A DNA stretch of 63,501 bases, the filler included, from Octopus bimaculoides (lineage: Eukaryota): NCBI RefSeq assembly GCF_001194135.2. It is 5 parts of 5 records of this genome, joined end to end, with 100 filler letters (N's around TTAATTAATTAA, not from the genome) between each part and the next. Parts side by side here need not be neighbours in the genome. Positions count along the whole stretch, not along the records: positions 6,966 to 37,080 come from NC_068988.1; positions 37,181 to 50,708 come from NC_068984.1; 3 more parts are not named here. One strand, 5' to 3'. The notes beneath the pieces are model-generated. The model made no database searches and was not told the origin of the DNA. It was given only the letters and a program-made list of their open reading frames with translations. Numbering within the stretch: position 1 is the stretch's first letter; the number at the start of each line of letters is the position of its first letter. The position numbers were made by a program, and so were the translations under genes. This document shows, piece by piece, positions 24,681 through 38,420 of this stretch.

Positions 24681-24759
24681 ACATCCTCCTCCACCTCCTC
24701 CTTGATAGATAGATACATCTTTGACTTCTAGAATTTTCTCTATTCTTTCTTCCGTCATC

Positions 24760-24968
<209 letters not shown>

Positions 24969-25008
24969 AATCTACATACATATTTAACTGTTTATCTGTT
25001 CTCATTTT

Positions 25009-25042
<34 letters not shown>

Positions 25043-25503
25043 CCTACAACCGTACCCCCTTTGCTATTTATTTCTTCTTTCCTTTAATCCCCTTTTCTTC
25101 ATCATTATTACCATTATCCTTTATGAACTTCTCTCCTCCTTCCCCCTTTTCCCACCTACCCCTTCCTTCACTCTCCACGCCCCAGTAACCCCCCCCATTC
25201 CTCTCCCTTCCTATCATCAACGTACCTCCCCCCTATTGGTATTTACACTTCATCCCATCGCACTTACAATGTTATCAAAGAAATCACTACCACCACTACC
25301 ACTACTACTACTACTACTACTACTTGTTGTTGTAGTAGCAGCAGTAGTAGTAGTGGTAGAGAATTGTAAAACTTGTTGATTACTACGAAAACATTCTTAT
25401 GAATTGCGTAACATTTATAATAACCTGTTTCATCTCTCCCCTCTCTTTCTTCCCATCTCTTATCACATATATCTGTACACATACACACACATACACACAT
25501 ACA

Positions 25504-25579
<76 letters not shown>

Positions 25580-25834
25580 GAATTTACAAAAATATATATC
25601 TGTATGACAAGGGAGCAGGAGTCACGTAACCATTAGCTTACAGACGTTTCTGCCATGAGAAGCTCTGCACTCAGTATTAAATGTTTTGCAACAACTGTTA
25701 GCCTCCTCGGAGCCATTAAAATGAAATGTATGATTATTTCATAAGGCATTTAAATACATACACACATTCATAGGTATTGAAGTTATGAAGAGAAGATAGT
25801 TATCTCCTTTTCAATATTCATGTTTCTACACTCT

Positions 25835-26480
25835 GTTCGTGCTTACGCAAATTACATAAGAGTCCAGCTTCTGAACTGCACAATTTCCTTCAAATATGGT
25901 TAGCTCCGCAGATGCGTTTTCGTTTATCCTTATGAGCCTCTTCAGACTTCCAGTAGACCTATAAACATTGTTATAAATTGGACACGAGTCTTGATTCGGT
26001 CTTGGACAGATATGGTCCTGTATGAGTCGTGATTTTTGCCTCTGCCTATGACCGTTCATGACAAGCTTATCCAGCTCTTGATAAGAACTGGAGGTTACCG
26101 CGAACACACAAGAATCTTTCAAAATCGCAAGGCAGTTGTTCCTGCCTTCGAAAAGACCGTTATTATTGTTGGATGTTGAATTCTGTCCTGCTCAAATGTT
26201 TCGCAACCTTTCTGGATTGTTCCACGCCACTTTGGTCAGTCCAGCGCAAACGTTACTCAATTTTGATCTCCCATGTTGTAAACTTTGAGGCTGGCCTTTA
26301 TCACAGCTTTATAAACCTTCCCAGGTTTACACTGTGGGCGCTTATTTAGTGTTCTCCATCAAGTAATTTCTCAGGGACCTTGTAACATCCATTTTAATTA
26401 AATGGCCCATCCACCGCACTTGATTCAATGGATTATAAAAATGTTCAGTAAAGTGTTCAGTCCACATTCCCTTTATACAA
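25835..26480 (-). mobile_element. Decayed RTE LINE 3' region
   Basis: NQVRWMGHLIKMD, PEKLLDGE, YKAVIKASLK and ALD*PKWRGTIQKGCETFEQDRI match the RTE ORF end (QLRWAGHV.RM...PK.LL.GE...R.KD.LK..L...DR..WR), followed by C2H2-like remnants. Confidence 0.7.
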
Positions 26481-26484
26481 TACA

Positions 26485-26575
26485 TTTCCAGCCCTGGTCA
26501 GTACTTTTCTGGTTTTAATATCCAGGCTGCGTATCTCATCGAGAGTCCAGACCAGTCTCCCATATGTAGGTACTA
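26485..26575 (-). mobile_element. R4/Dong-like RT-thumb fragment
   Basis: VLVPTYGRLVWTLDEIRSLDIKTRKVLTRAGN matches the W-T--E---LD-KTRK-LT motif of RLE-clade elements. Confidence 0.55.
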
Positions 26576-27024
26576 GCACCAGTACTACAAAACCAATATG
26601 AGATATGGTCTTGAAAATGGCCCAAGATGCCTTGCAGTGGAATTGAACCCAGTGCTATGTGGTTGGGAAGTAAGCTTCTTACACAGCCACGCCTGGAAAT
26701 TGCTAAAGAGAAACTGTGCGGAAGCTCATTCATACATACACCCTTCCCACCACACATACACATACACACAGATATATATATATATATATANNNNNNNNNN
26801 NNNNNNNNNNNNNNNNNNNNNNNNNNNNNNNNNNNNNNNNNNNNNNNNNNNNNNNNNNNNNNNNNNNNNNNNNNNNNNNNNNNNNNNNNNNNNNNNNNNN
26901 NNNNNNNNNNNNNNNNNNNNNNNNNNNNNNNNNNNNNNNNNNNNNNNNNNNNNNNNNNNNNNNNNNNNNNNNNNNNNNNNNNNNNNNNNTATATACACAC
27001 ACACACACATACATGTGTAGTACA

Positions 27025-27210
27025 TGGATTTCAAAGGGCGGGAAGTCTTGTCACATTTTGTGTCACGCTGAATCTCCCCGAGAACTACGTTAAGGGTGGT
27101 ACACGTGTCTGTGAAGTACTCAGCCACTTGTTCGTTAATTTCAGGAGCAGGTTGTTCCGTTGATCGGATCCACTGGCACACTCCTCGTCATAACCGACGG
27201 GGTGCCAGCT
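27025..27210 (+). mobile_element. SINE family A, 3' half
   Basis: Matches the family A body. Confidence 0.8.
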
Positions 27211-27278
27211 TGTTATACACACACACACGCAGATAGATAGATACAAAGACAGACAGACATATAGCTAGATAGACAGAC

Positions 27279-27313
<35 letters not shown>

Positions 27314-27713
27314 TAGATAGATATTTATATAGTTGTATGTATGCATGTGTGTATGTGTGTCTACAAATTTCCATTCATTTGTCTACTAAACATAAGCATA
27401 TCTCCAATAACTAATTCCATTTCGCCGTCAGTTTCCATATTCTGGACTTTATTAACACAATTACACCGGCGCACCCGCTTCTCTACTCATCATCTACACC
27501 CCATCCTGCCCTTCCCGCTCTCTGTCCGCTCGTTTCTTAGTTTATGTGCACTAGACTAGAACAACACAACACACACACACATACACACTCATGATAACAT
27601 ACTGTCAGATGCAAGCACTTGCAGACAAATACATACACACGTTTACAAATCCGTTCGCTATCCTTACCTCACACATGTTCACAATTTGAGTAAATACGGA
27701 TAGTGTCTCCTAC

Positions 27714-27746
<33 letters not shown>

Positions 27747-27802
27747 TACATTTTTAGGGATGTTTGTACGTGTTCGTGTGTGGACAAAAGTTTTGGGACG
27801 AA

Positions 27803-27865
<63 letters not shown>

Positions 27866-28872
27866 CCTATAGGTGCAGCAGTGGTTGTGTGGTTCCGGGT
27901 TCAGTCCCTCTGCCTGACATCNNNNNNNNNNNNNNNNNNNNNNNNNNNNNNNNNNNNNNNNNNNNNNNNNNNNNNNNNNNNNNNNNNNNNNNNNNNNNNN
28001 NNNNNNNNNNNNNNNNNNNNNNNNNNNNNNNNNNNNNNNNNNNNNNNNNNNNNNNNNNNNNNNNNNNNNNNNNNNNNNNNNNNNNNNNNNNNNNNNNNNN
28101 NNNNNNNNNNNNNNNNNNNNNNNNNNNNNNNNNNNNNNNNNNNNNNNNNNNNNNNNNNNNNNNNNNNNNNNNNNNNNNNNNNNNNNNNNNNNNNNNNNNN
28201 NNNNNNNNNNNNNNNNNNNNNNNNNNNNNNNNNNNNNNNNNNNNNNNNNNNNNNNNNNNNNNNNNNNNNNNATATATATATATATATATATATACGCGCG
28301 CGCGCGCACACACACAAACACACACACACACGCACACATATATATATACACATACACGCTGGTGAGTTTCTGTATAGTTGTTAGAACTGTTAAAAATAGC
28401 AGCTAAATCTTCCTCATATTGCACTCTATCCCTTTAAATAATGAAGACACGTCGGATCACGAAAGTAGATAAATACATGAACAGATAAATAAAGCGGGAC
28501 AGTCACGGCTGGGACGGTTTTGGTAATAGATTGATTCAAATATGACCGACCTAGGGTTAAACAGTACACCCACATATATTCTTCGAAACCCAATAGAAAA
28601 GTTATTGCTCCAATCTTTTAGAAATAACAGCCAATTCTCCCTCAGATGATACTTTGAAAGAAAGGAAATGCATAGTTTGGATGAGATGGTCACGGTTGGA
28701 TCGCTTTCGCATGTGGATGTAAGGACAGGGGTCAGGGTTGATCTGAGATTAAACAGCAACGATACCAACAACAATAACAATTAATTGAACAGACATACAC
28801 GTGCACACACAGACAGACACACACGTCTGACCGCATGCACATACACACCTTACACACACACAGCAATCATTT

Positions 28873-28916
<44 letters not shown>

Positions 28917-30364
28917 GCCGCATGCCAACACAAGCACCTGAGTCAACGAGGACGGTTCCATGTGGACACTCACTCTGCTGGAAATAGCAGTTACATAACC
29001 CTGAAGTCACAAACTATTTGGATTGTGTAGCCTTGGTCTATCTCTATACATGAGAAATAGATGTGATGGTCACGACAGGAAGGCTTTTGATGGTAGGCGT
29101 ATGCTCTATCAGGAGACAAAACAACATTGAGAGTAACATAAACAAAGACATTTAGAAATCACATGCATTCGTACACACATGTATACACACACACACACAT
29201 ACACACACATATATATAGATATATAAACAGTTAACACACACGCACACGTACACACATGTATACATACAACCAACACACACACACAAATCAGAGGTTTTCT
29301 ATACATAGACACGCGTAGACTTACACGTACATACATACATTCACGTACGCACACACACGCACAGAGTCAGAGAGAGAGAGGGGGGAGAGAGAGAGAGAGA
29401 GAGAGATAAACAGAGAGAGGGAGAAGGAGAGACACAGAGAGAAAATAGATAGAGAGAAAGAGGCTGCGAGACAGAGAGAGGTAGCGAGAGAGAGAAAGAC
29501 AGACAGACACACAGACAAACAGAGAGGAACGTGATAGAGAGAAAGAGACAGACAGACAGACAGACTGACAGAGAGGAACGTGATAGAGAGAAAGAGACAG
29601 ACAGACAGACAGGCATAGAGAGAAAAGATACAGAGAAAGAGGTTGTGTGTGAGAGAGAGAATATTTGTCTAAATGAAGAAAAGATCACCATAAAATATTT
29701 CCATATTCAAACGAATACATAACATTAGAGAGAGAAAGAGAAAGAGAAAAAGAAGGAGAGAGAGTGAGACAAAGAGGCAAATAGAGAGAGAGAGAGAGAG
29801 AGTGAGAGTGAGAGAGAGAGAGTGTGTGTGAGAGAGAGAGAGTGTGTGAGAGAGAGAGAGAGTGGGAATAACGTAGCCGATTCTAGTTATTTCCATTTGA
29901 GTCGAACCATTTGCCAGAATTTCTCTTCTATTGATTAATGCAACTATACATATGCATATCTTCTTAGACAGTGGCACAAACACACACACACACGCGTGCA
30001 CACACACATACATGCACACACACACACACATACACGCACGCACATATACGCATACACACACAGACACTCTCACACACGCTCAATTATGTTTGTAGAGAAA
30101 CGCATATATAAATATCTATATATAACCACAGTAAATAGGTGCGACAGAAAGCTATCCATATTTCTAGAGCAGAATGTGGAATGGTGTATAGGTGTTGGCC
30201 GAGGCATGTTTCTTGTGGTACAGGTGCCAGCTACAGAGATACATGACAACAGAGTTCTTGGAGACAGAAGGACAGAGGAAGCGAAAAGCAGTACGGGTGG
30301 GGGCAGAGTGAGAGACACAGAGGGAGAGAAAGTGGGAGGCAGAGATAGATAGGTGGATAGATAG

Positions 30365-30441
<77 letters not shown>

Positions 30442-30468
30442 TAGACGGTNNNNNNNNNNNNNNNNNNN

Positions 30469-30529
<61 letters not shown>

Positions 30530-30657
30530 TAGACGGTCAAACAGACGGACGGACGGATGGCTAGAATTACCTATAGAAATAGCGATATAGAATGTGTGGA
30601 GCGGATGTGATCAAGAATATTGAACACACGTACACACACATACACGTCCCCATACGT

Positions 30658-30702
<45 letters not shown>

Positions 30703-30884
30703 TATATATGTATACATAATCCAAGTCTAAGGATGAAAGTTTCCCCTCAGAACGAAAAAAAACAAAAAAAAACTACACACAAAAACAAAGACAATTATAT
30801 CCCTTTCGGTTAGCGTTTATATAAATAGAAATGTCACACGTTAGTTAGCAAACTAATAAATAATTGGTTATGATTGCATACAAA

Positions 30885-30906
30885 TGATAATAACAACAAC
30901 AACAAC

Positions 30907-30968
<62 letters not shown>

Positions 30969-30975
30969 CAATAAT
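30885..30975. repeat. (TAA)n/(CAA)n microsatellite
   Basis: Direct reading. Confidence 0.96.
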
Positions 30976-31059
30976 AAAAACCTCAACAAAGAAGAAGAAA
31001 ATTTAGAACAGTTTTCACAGAAGATCCGCTTTTACCTTTAGGAAAGAAAGCAACAAACT

Positions 31060-31112
<53 letters not shown>

Positions 31113-32132
31113 GCACGCACACACACACACACACACACACACGCATACACACAGGTACACATTTACACAGATACATACACGCATGCATACTCACATAACG
31201 TAGAGAGAAATATAAGACATACATTCATATACACATACATACATTCATACATACATACACACATACATTCATACATACATACATACATACATATCAAAAA
31301 CCGAAAATCGAAAAATCGAACGTGAATCATCAGCACAGATCGATGAAATGGGCGAATTGGACAAAAGTTGTTTTCTTCTCCCGGCGAAAAAAAAAAAAAA
31401 AGACTATCAGGTGAGTTTTAAAGATCTTTTTTATATAATATATGGATTTGGTTAGCGTCGGACGATTTTACACATATACACCCGTACACTGGTGCATTAT
31501 GTATATGCTCTTATGTCCACGTGCAAACCTCTATCTACGTGCATATGCATAGAAATGTGCATGTACACATACGCACACAAATATATGTATATATCATTGT
31601 ATATACGTACATACACATATATATGTGTTACGTATATAAATGTGTATATCTGTGTGTGTGTAAGTAAATAAATAAATATATATATATACATACATATTTT
31701 TATACATATACACTTATATATGTACGCAGACAGATACGCAAACGCACACATATGCGTGTAAGTATACATATATATAAAATGCATATAAATGTATATACAC
31801 ATACATACACACTTATATATATNNNNNNNNNNNNNNNNNNNNNNNNNNNNNNNNNNNNNNNNNNNNNNNNNNNNNNNNNNNNNNNNNNNNNNNNNNNNNN
31901 NNNNNNNNNNNNNNNNNNNNNNNNNNNNNNNNNNNNNNNNNNNNNNNNNNNNNNNNNNNNNNNNNNNNNNNNNNNNNNNNNNNNNNNNNNNNNNNNNNNN
32001 NNNNNNNNNNNNNNNNNNNNNNNNNNNNNNNNNNNNNNNNNNNNNNNNNNNNNNNNNNNNNNNNNNNNNNNNNNNNNNNNNNNNNNNNNNNNNNNNNNNN
32101 NNNNNNNNNNNNNNNNNNNNNNNNNNNNNNNN

Positions 32133-32168
<36 letters not shown>

Positions 32169-32256
32169 CATGTATATATAGGTGGACGCATCTGCACTTA
32201 GGCTCTGTATGTCTCTACTGCACTCTGGTGTTTGTGCGTACGTGCTTACGTTTAAA

Positions 32257-32288
<32 letters not shown>

Positions 32289-32408
32289 TGTGCATATATT
32301 CATTTGATGTATGCATGTATCTATGTATGTATTCATGAACACATGCGTGTATATGTGAATATATGTACGAATATATATATGAATGTATGTACGTATGTAT
32401 GTGTGTGT

Positions 32409-32791
32409 GGAGGCACAATGGCCCAGTGGTTAGGGTAGCGGATTCGTGGTCATAGAATCGCTGTTTCGATTCCCAGACCGGGCGTTCTTAGTATTTATTG
32501 AGCGAAAACACCTAAAGATCCACAAGGCTCCGGCAGGGGTGGTGGTGGTGAACCGTGCTGTACTCTTTCACCACAACTTTCTCTCATTCTTTCTTCCTGT
32601 TTCTCTTGTACCTGTATTTGAAAGGGGCCAGCCTTATCACACAGTGTGGCACGTTGAATCTCCCCGAGAATTTCATTAAGGGTACACGTGTCTGTGGAGC
32701 ACTCAGCCACTTGCACGTTAACTTCATGAGAAGGCTGTTCCGTTGATTGGATCAACTGGAAGCCTCGTCGTCGTAACTGACGGAGTGCCAC
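32409..32791 (+). mobile_element. SINE family A, full length
   Basis: A/B-box head and full body. Confidence 0.92.
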
Positions 32792-32856
32792 GATGTGTGT
32801 GTGTATACATGTGCTTATGAGTGTGTGTATGAAAGAATATACGTAAGAATGTGTGC

Positions 32857-32907
<51 letters not shown>

Positions 32908-33080
32908 TGTGTTTGAATGAATGAATGTAATGTGTTTTATATAAATGAATTTTGAATTTAAGAACTAGAGATGTAGTCCATACAATATATATTTGACCAA
33001 GCGGTACGTACACACACACACGTACAGGTATATGTAGTAGATATTTACATACATCGACACATGTATGTATGCAAAATGAT

Positions 33081-33467
33081 TTTATTTTCTGTGGCACTCC
33101 GTCGCTTTCGACGACGAGGGTTCCAGTTGATCCGATCAACGGAACAGCCTGCTCGTGAAGTTAACTTGCAAGTGGCTGAGTACTCCACAGACACGTGTAC
33201 CCTTAACGTAGTTCTCGGGGGCTATTCAGCGTGACACAGTGTGACAAGGCTGACCCTTTGAAATACAGGCACAAGAGAAACGGGAAGAAAGAGAGAAAGT
33301 TGTGGTGAAAGAATACAGCAGGGTTCGCCACCACCCCCTGCCGGAGTTTCGTGGAGCTTTAGGTGTTTTCGCTCAATAAGCACTCACAACGCCCGGTCTG
33401 GGAATCGAAACTGCGATTCTACGACCGCGAGTCCGCTGCCCTAACCACTGCGCCATTGCGCCTCCTC
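33081..33467 (-). mobile_element. SINE family A, full length, with 13-bp TSD
   Basis: TSD tatgcaaaatgat at 33068-33080 and 33468-33480; A-rich tail at 33081-33090. Confidence 0.93.
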
Positions 33468-34068
33468 TATGCAAAATGATAGACAGACACTGTTTGTTAT
33501 TCCCTTTTATTGTTTATTTTTGTTTGATATTCTTTATTTCCTTTTTCCATTTTGTTTCTTTCAATTATTTCCTTCTTCATGCGATTTCGTTTATTCCTCC
33601 TCCTCCTCCTCCTCCTCTTCGAATGCTTTTCGTCTCTTTTCATTTTCTTTCGTGTGTATGTATCTGCTTGCGTGTGTGTCTGTCTGTGCTTGTTTACCTG
33701 TCTTTGCGTTTATATATCTGTGTGTGTGTGTGCGTGTGTGTGTGTGTGCGCGCGCGTCTTGTATTGTTTGTGTGTATTTGTTTCTATATATCTATATGCA
33801 TGTGTGTGTGTTTCTGCGCTTGTTTGTGTTTACATATCTGTGTGTGTGTGTGCTTATATATCTGTGTGTGTACGTGTGTGTATGTGTGCGTGTGTGTGTG
33901 TGTGTATGTGTATGTGTGTGTGTGTGCGTTCCTCACCTAAGTCGTAAATGTCTCTCTACTAGTGACAGCCGTGGGCAACTACACGAAAGATTTCGCGAAC
34001 ACACACACACAAACTCACACGCACACACGCACATACACACAGATACACACACATATATATAAACACAC

Positions 34069-34119
<51 letters not shown>

Positions 34120-34129
34120 NNNNNNNNNN

Positions 34130-34185
<56 letters not shown>

Positions 34186-34608
34186 TAAGCGACAGACAAT
34201 AACATGCTTCCTACATTCACATACAGAAATAAGTCCCGTGGGGTGCGGGTGGGGGTGGAGAAGCTGGGCATTGATTCAGCTATTCACATACAAATAAATA
34301 TTCACGTAACACTCATACAATCTCTGCTCTGTTTATATCCGTAGCTCTTCCTCACCCCCCGTCACTCGCCCTCCCCCTCTTTCTCTCTCTCTCGGTCTCT
34401 TGTCTCTCTTGCATGTCTGTATGTGTGTACGTGACGGTACAAATGTGTCTGTCTGTGTGTGTGTGTGTCTGTGTGTGTGCATATATGTGTATATATATAC
34501 ATATATTTATATACATATATGTGTGTATATATATATATGTGTATGTATACTCATGTTTGTCTCTCCATATTCGTCCTTGTAAGCATATATGTAGATATAT
34601 ATGTATGT

Positions 34609-34692
<84 letters not shown>

Positions 34693-34721
34693 ATACATAC
34701 ATATATATATGTATGTATGTA

Positions 34722-34880
34722 GGCCGGACTGTGTGGTAAGAAGTTTACTGCCTCAACACATACTTCAGGAATCAGTCCCTCTGCGTGTCCACTATCGGCA
34801 AGACCCTACTATTATAGCCCCCGGCTGACCAAAGCATTGTGAGTGGATCATGTGGCCGGAAACTGAAAGAAAGTTGTCGT
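34722..34880 (+). mobile_element. SINE family B, diverged 5' part
   Basis: ctgtgtggtaagaag ... tcagtccctctgcgtg ... actattatagcccccggctgaccaaagcattgtgagtggat. Confidence 0.75.
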
Positions 34881-34889
34881 AATACATAT

Positions 34890-34952
<63 letters not shown>

Positions 34953-35390
34953 CACACACACACACACATATATTTACACACTCACACGTGTGTGTGTTTG
35001 TTCATGAGTGAATGTGGCACATGTGGCATCTGTGACTGTTTTATCTTTATATTCATAACAATCAAAACTTCAGTATTATTGCTCATGTGACATCTCTTGC
35101 ATCACTCGTAACATAGCCGTTCGTTAATAGAGACCGATAAATTGAATACTGGGACCAATATATTTGAATTAAAACCCTTAAAGGCGTTCTAGAGGAGACT
35201 ACTTCAGATCAAAGTATAAAATGATAGTGGAATGTCTGATGGGGGTAGGGGTGGCCATTTTATAACGGTTATCCCTAATTACAAGCAATTAACACAATGA
35301 TTACATTCCGACAATCAATTTTATTTATTTTAACTTCTGCCTCACTAAGCATATCTCTTCATAGTTACCTCCATACCAAATCGAATCGAG

Positions 35391-35590
35391 TGAAGCGTGT
35401 GGCTTATTGGTTAGCCTGTTAGGTTTCATGGTCGTAAGATTGTGGTTTCGAAACCTTGAGCGGGCGAGGTATTGTGTTCTTGGGCAAAACACATCATATT
35501 GATTCAGCTGGTAAATAAGAGTGCTCCCGCGACGGACCAGCGTCCCCAACAAGGGAGGAGTATATACGCCACAGGATCCGGAAGCTGGCA
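35391..35590 (+). mobile_element. tRNA-derived SINE (head similar to 8955)
   Basis: gcgtgtggcttattggttag ... gtggtttcgaaacc ... ttgtgttcttgggcaaaacac. Confidence 0.65.
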
Positions 35591-35605
35591 CTCTGTGTGT
35601 GTGTG

Positions 35606-35639
<34 letters not shown>

Positions 35640-36364
35640 NNNNNNNNNNNNNNNNNNNNNNNNNNNNNNNNNNNNNNNNNNNNNNNNNNNNNNNNNNNNN
35701 NNNNNNNNNNNNNNNNNNNNNNNNNNNNNNNNNNNNNNNNNNNNNNNNNNNNNNNNNNNNNNNNNNNNNNNNNNNNNNNNNNNNNNNNNNNNNNNNNNNN
35801 NNNNNNNNNNNNNNNNNNNNNNNNNNNNNNNNNNNNNNNNNNNNNNNNNNNNNNNNNNNNNNNNNNNNNNNNNNNNNNNNNNNNNNNNNNNNNNNNNNNN
35901 NNNNNNNNNNNNNNNNNNNNNNNNNNNNNNNNNNNNNNNNNNNNNNNNNNNNNNNNNNNNNNNNNNNNNNNNNNNNNNNNNNNNNNNNNNNNNNNNNNNN
36001 NNNNNNNNNNNNNNNNNNNNNNNNNNNNNNNNNNNNNNNNNNNNNNNNNNNNNNNNNNNNNNNNNNNNNNNNNNNNNNNNNNNNNNNNNNNNNNNNNNNN
36101 NNNNNNNNNNNNNNNNNNNNNNNNNNNNNNNNNNNNNNNNNNNNNNNNNNNNNNNNNNNNNNNNNNNNNNNNNNNNNNNNNNNNNNNNNNNNNNNNNNNN
36201 NNNNNNNNNNNNNNNNNNNNNNNNNNNNNNNNNNNNNNNNNNNNNNNNNNNNNNNNNNNNNNNNNNNNNNNNNNNNNNNNNNNNNNNNNNNNNNNNNNNN
36301 NNNNNNNNNNNNNNNNNNNNNNNNNNNNNNNNNNNNNNNNNNNNNNNNNNNNNNNNNNNNNNNN

Positions 36365-36400
<36 letters not shown>

Positions 36401-37080
36401 GTGTGTACACACATGCACATACACATACATACAAACACACACACTACAGTTCTGGAGAGGCATGCAAATGCGTATATTCCAATAAAAGAGCTCCACCACT
36501 TTCTTATTTAAGTGGGCCGAATCCTACAAAGGAATTAACCCAAAGAAACGACTTGAGTTTGCATGGCGAGGCGGCTATAAAGACATACTTACGCACGCAC
36601 ACACACACATGCACACACACACACGCACACACATACACATGCGCACACACACATGTTTTTATGTGTGTCTGTCTCTCTGTGTATGTATGTATAAAATACA
36701 CGAGGGGTGAACATTTGGAACCATCCCTGTCTTGGATCTACAGTTTATATATATATATACATTTATATATAGTTACGCATTAAGTGTATGTGTGTGTATA
36801 TATATGTGTGTGCGTGCGTGTCTGTGAGTGTGTGTGTGTCTACACATACACACATACCTATACAGTAAACTACCAAGAAATGACAACGCTGACTTGCATC
36901 AGCATACAGTGAGCCCACTACTACGTACCTAGCCAATCCCGGCGCCCTACACATTGATATACCTTGATTCTAACGAATCCTGGAACTGATCTCTCTCTCT
37001 CTCTCTCTCTCACTCTTTCTCTTCTCTCTCTCTCTCTCTCCTATACATATAAGTACATATACATATATAAATATGTATGT

Positions 37081-37180
37081 NNNNNNNNNNNNNNNNNNNN
37101 NNNNNNNNNNNNNNNNNNNNNNNNTTAATTAATTAANNNNNNNNNNNNNNNNNNNNNNNNNNNNNNNNNNNNNNNNNNNN
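37081..37180. other. Artificial scaffold spacer
   Basis: 44 N + TTAATTAATTAA (37125-37136) + 44 N. Confidence 0.95.
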
Positions 37181-37397
37181 AAAGAATCAAAGAGATTCAG
37201 AAATATTATCTGCAATCTCAAGGGATTAAGGTACATTTTAAAAATAACGTCGACCACTAACGTGGACAATTAATGCGCTAGAAATAGATCACATTTTGTG
37301 TCTATTAAGACCTAAAAAGTTCTCAACATGAAATATAGCAGCATACCAAAAACGTGAGCGGGCAAGACATTTAAAATCACCTAAAAAAATCATTATT

Positions 37398-37463
37398 AAA
37401 CAGGAACCAGGTTTCGGATTTAACAAATTCTTACCATTTGTCTATTCCTCATCAGCCTGATTT
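37398..37463 (-). ncRNA. Type I hammerhead ribozyme-like motif
   Basis: Minus strand: aaatcagg-CTGATGA-ggaatagacaaat..atttgttaaatcc-GAAA-C ctg G-T-T-cctgttt. Intact core, helix II closed by G-C, helix I cagg/cctg. Confidence 0.6.
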
Positions 37464-38039
37464 GTAATGTAGCAGCAATTATCAGAATCGTATACATAGT
37501 TGCCCACCACCATGGGTGCACGTGCATATGGTTCTGCTAATTACAGCTTAATGGTAAAGTTCAAAAGTCTTCGTTTTGGCGCGCTAATTCCAGGAATATA
37601 TCCGCAGATATATTATTTATATACACACACACACACACATACATCAGGGTATGCTAGAAGTCAATTACGGGTTTCAACTTTTAATAACTCCATTAACTTC
37701 ACAATATTGAGGACATAATGGAAATTAGCATGTACAAGTCAAATTTTGCAACACCACTACATATATAAAAAATGACAGCCATTTTTGGCTTCGCATGCCC
37801 ATGCTCTTTCTAAAACTTATGCCATAACACCCTCAAGAGTTTCAGACCCCACTTATCTGATTTCTCTATTGATGTTCTCCTTCAGTTGCACCAGGATCTC
37901 CGGTTTGTTGAAACTATTTTGCATCCGGCTATTCAAAGTAGACCTCACATATGGTTCCAGCAAGCTGGGGCAACTGCTCGTATCGCAACAATGTAGTTGC
38001 TATGGCTGTGCTTTAGAGAGAGAATAATCTCCCGCTATG

Positions 38040-38420
38040 GCAATGTCAACTGGCCAGCCTGGATTTTTTCTTGTAGGGATACCTGAAAGAGGGTTTACGT
38101 CAACAAACTGGAGACCCTGGTTCAACTGAAGGAGAACATCAATATAGAGAAAGCAGAGAAGTGGGGTCTGAAACTCTTTGGGGTGTTATGGTGCAAGTTT
38201 TGGAAAGAGTACGGGCATGTGAAGCTGAAAATGGCTGCCATTTCAGCGTTGTCATTTTTCATATGTGATGTAGTGGTGTTGCAAAATTGCAAAATTTAAC
38301 TTCTGCATATTAATTTCCATTATGTCCTTTATATCATATCAAAATTTCATGCATTTATTTGTGGAGTTAAGGAAGTTATCAAAAATTGAAACCTGTAAGT
38401 GACTTTTGGGATAACCTGTA
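38040..38420 (+). mobile_element. Decayed Tc1/mariner transposase C-terminus with right end
   Basis: LDFFL*GYLK / RVYVNKLETLVQLKENI / ERVRACEAENGCHF match the DFFLWGYLK..VY..K..TL..LK..I...R...C....G.HF motif; ends gacttttgggataacctgTA. Confidence 0.7.

Noticed and set aside
25905-25945. Minus-strand CTGAAGA...GAAA
   Set aside because: Lies within RTE coding sequence and forms no helices.
29490-29615. ~50-bp tandem duplication (gagaggaacgtgatagagagaaagagacagac)
   Set aside because: Slippage inside GA/GACA microsatellite; unremarkable.
30350-30540. Direct repeat (GA)n-gatagatagacggt on both sides of a short gap
   Set aside because: Probably overlapping contig ends duplicated around an N gap.
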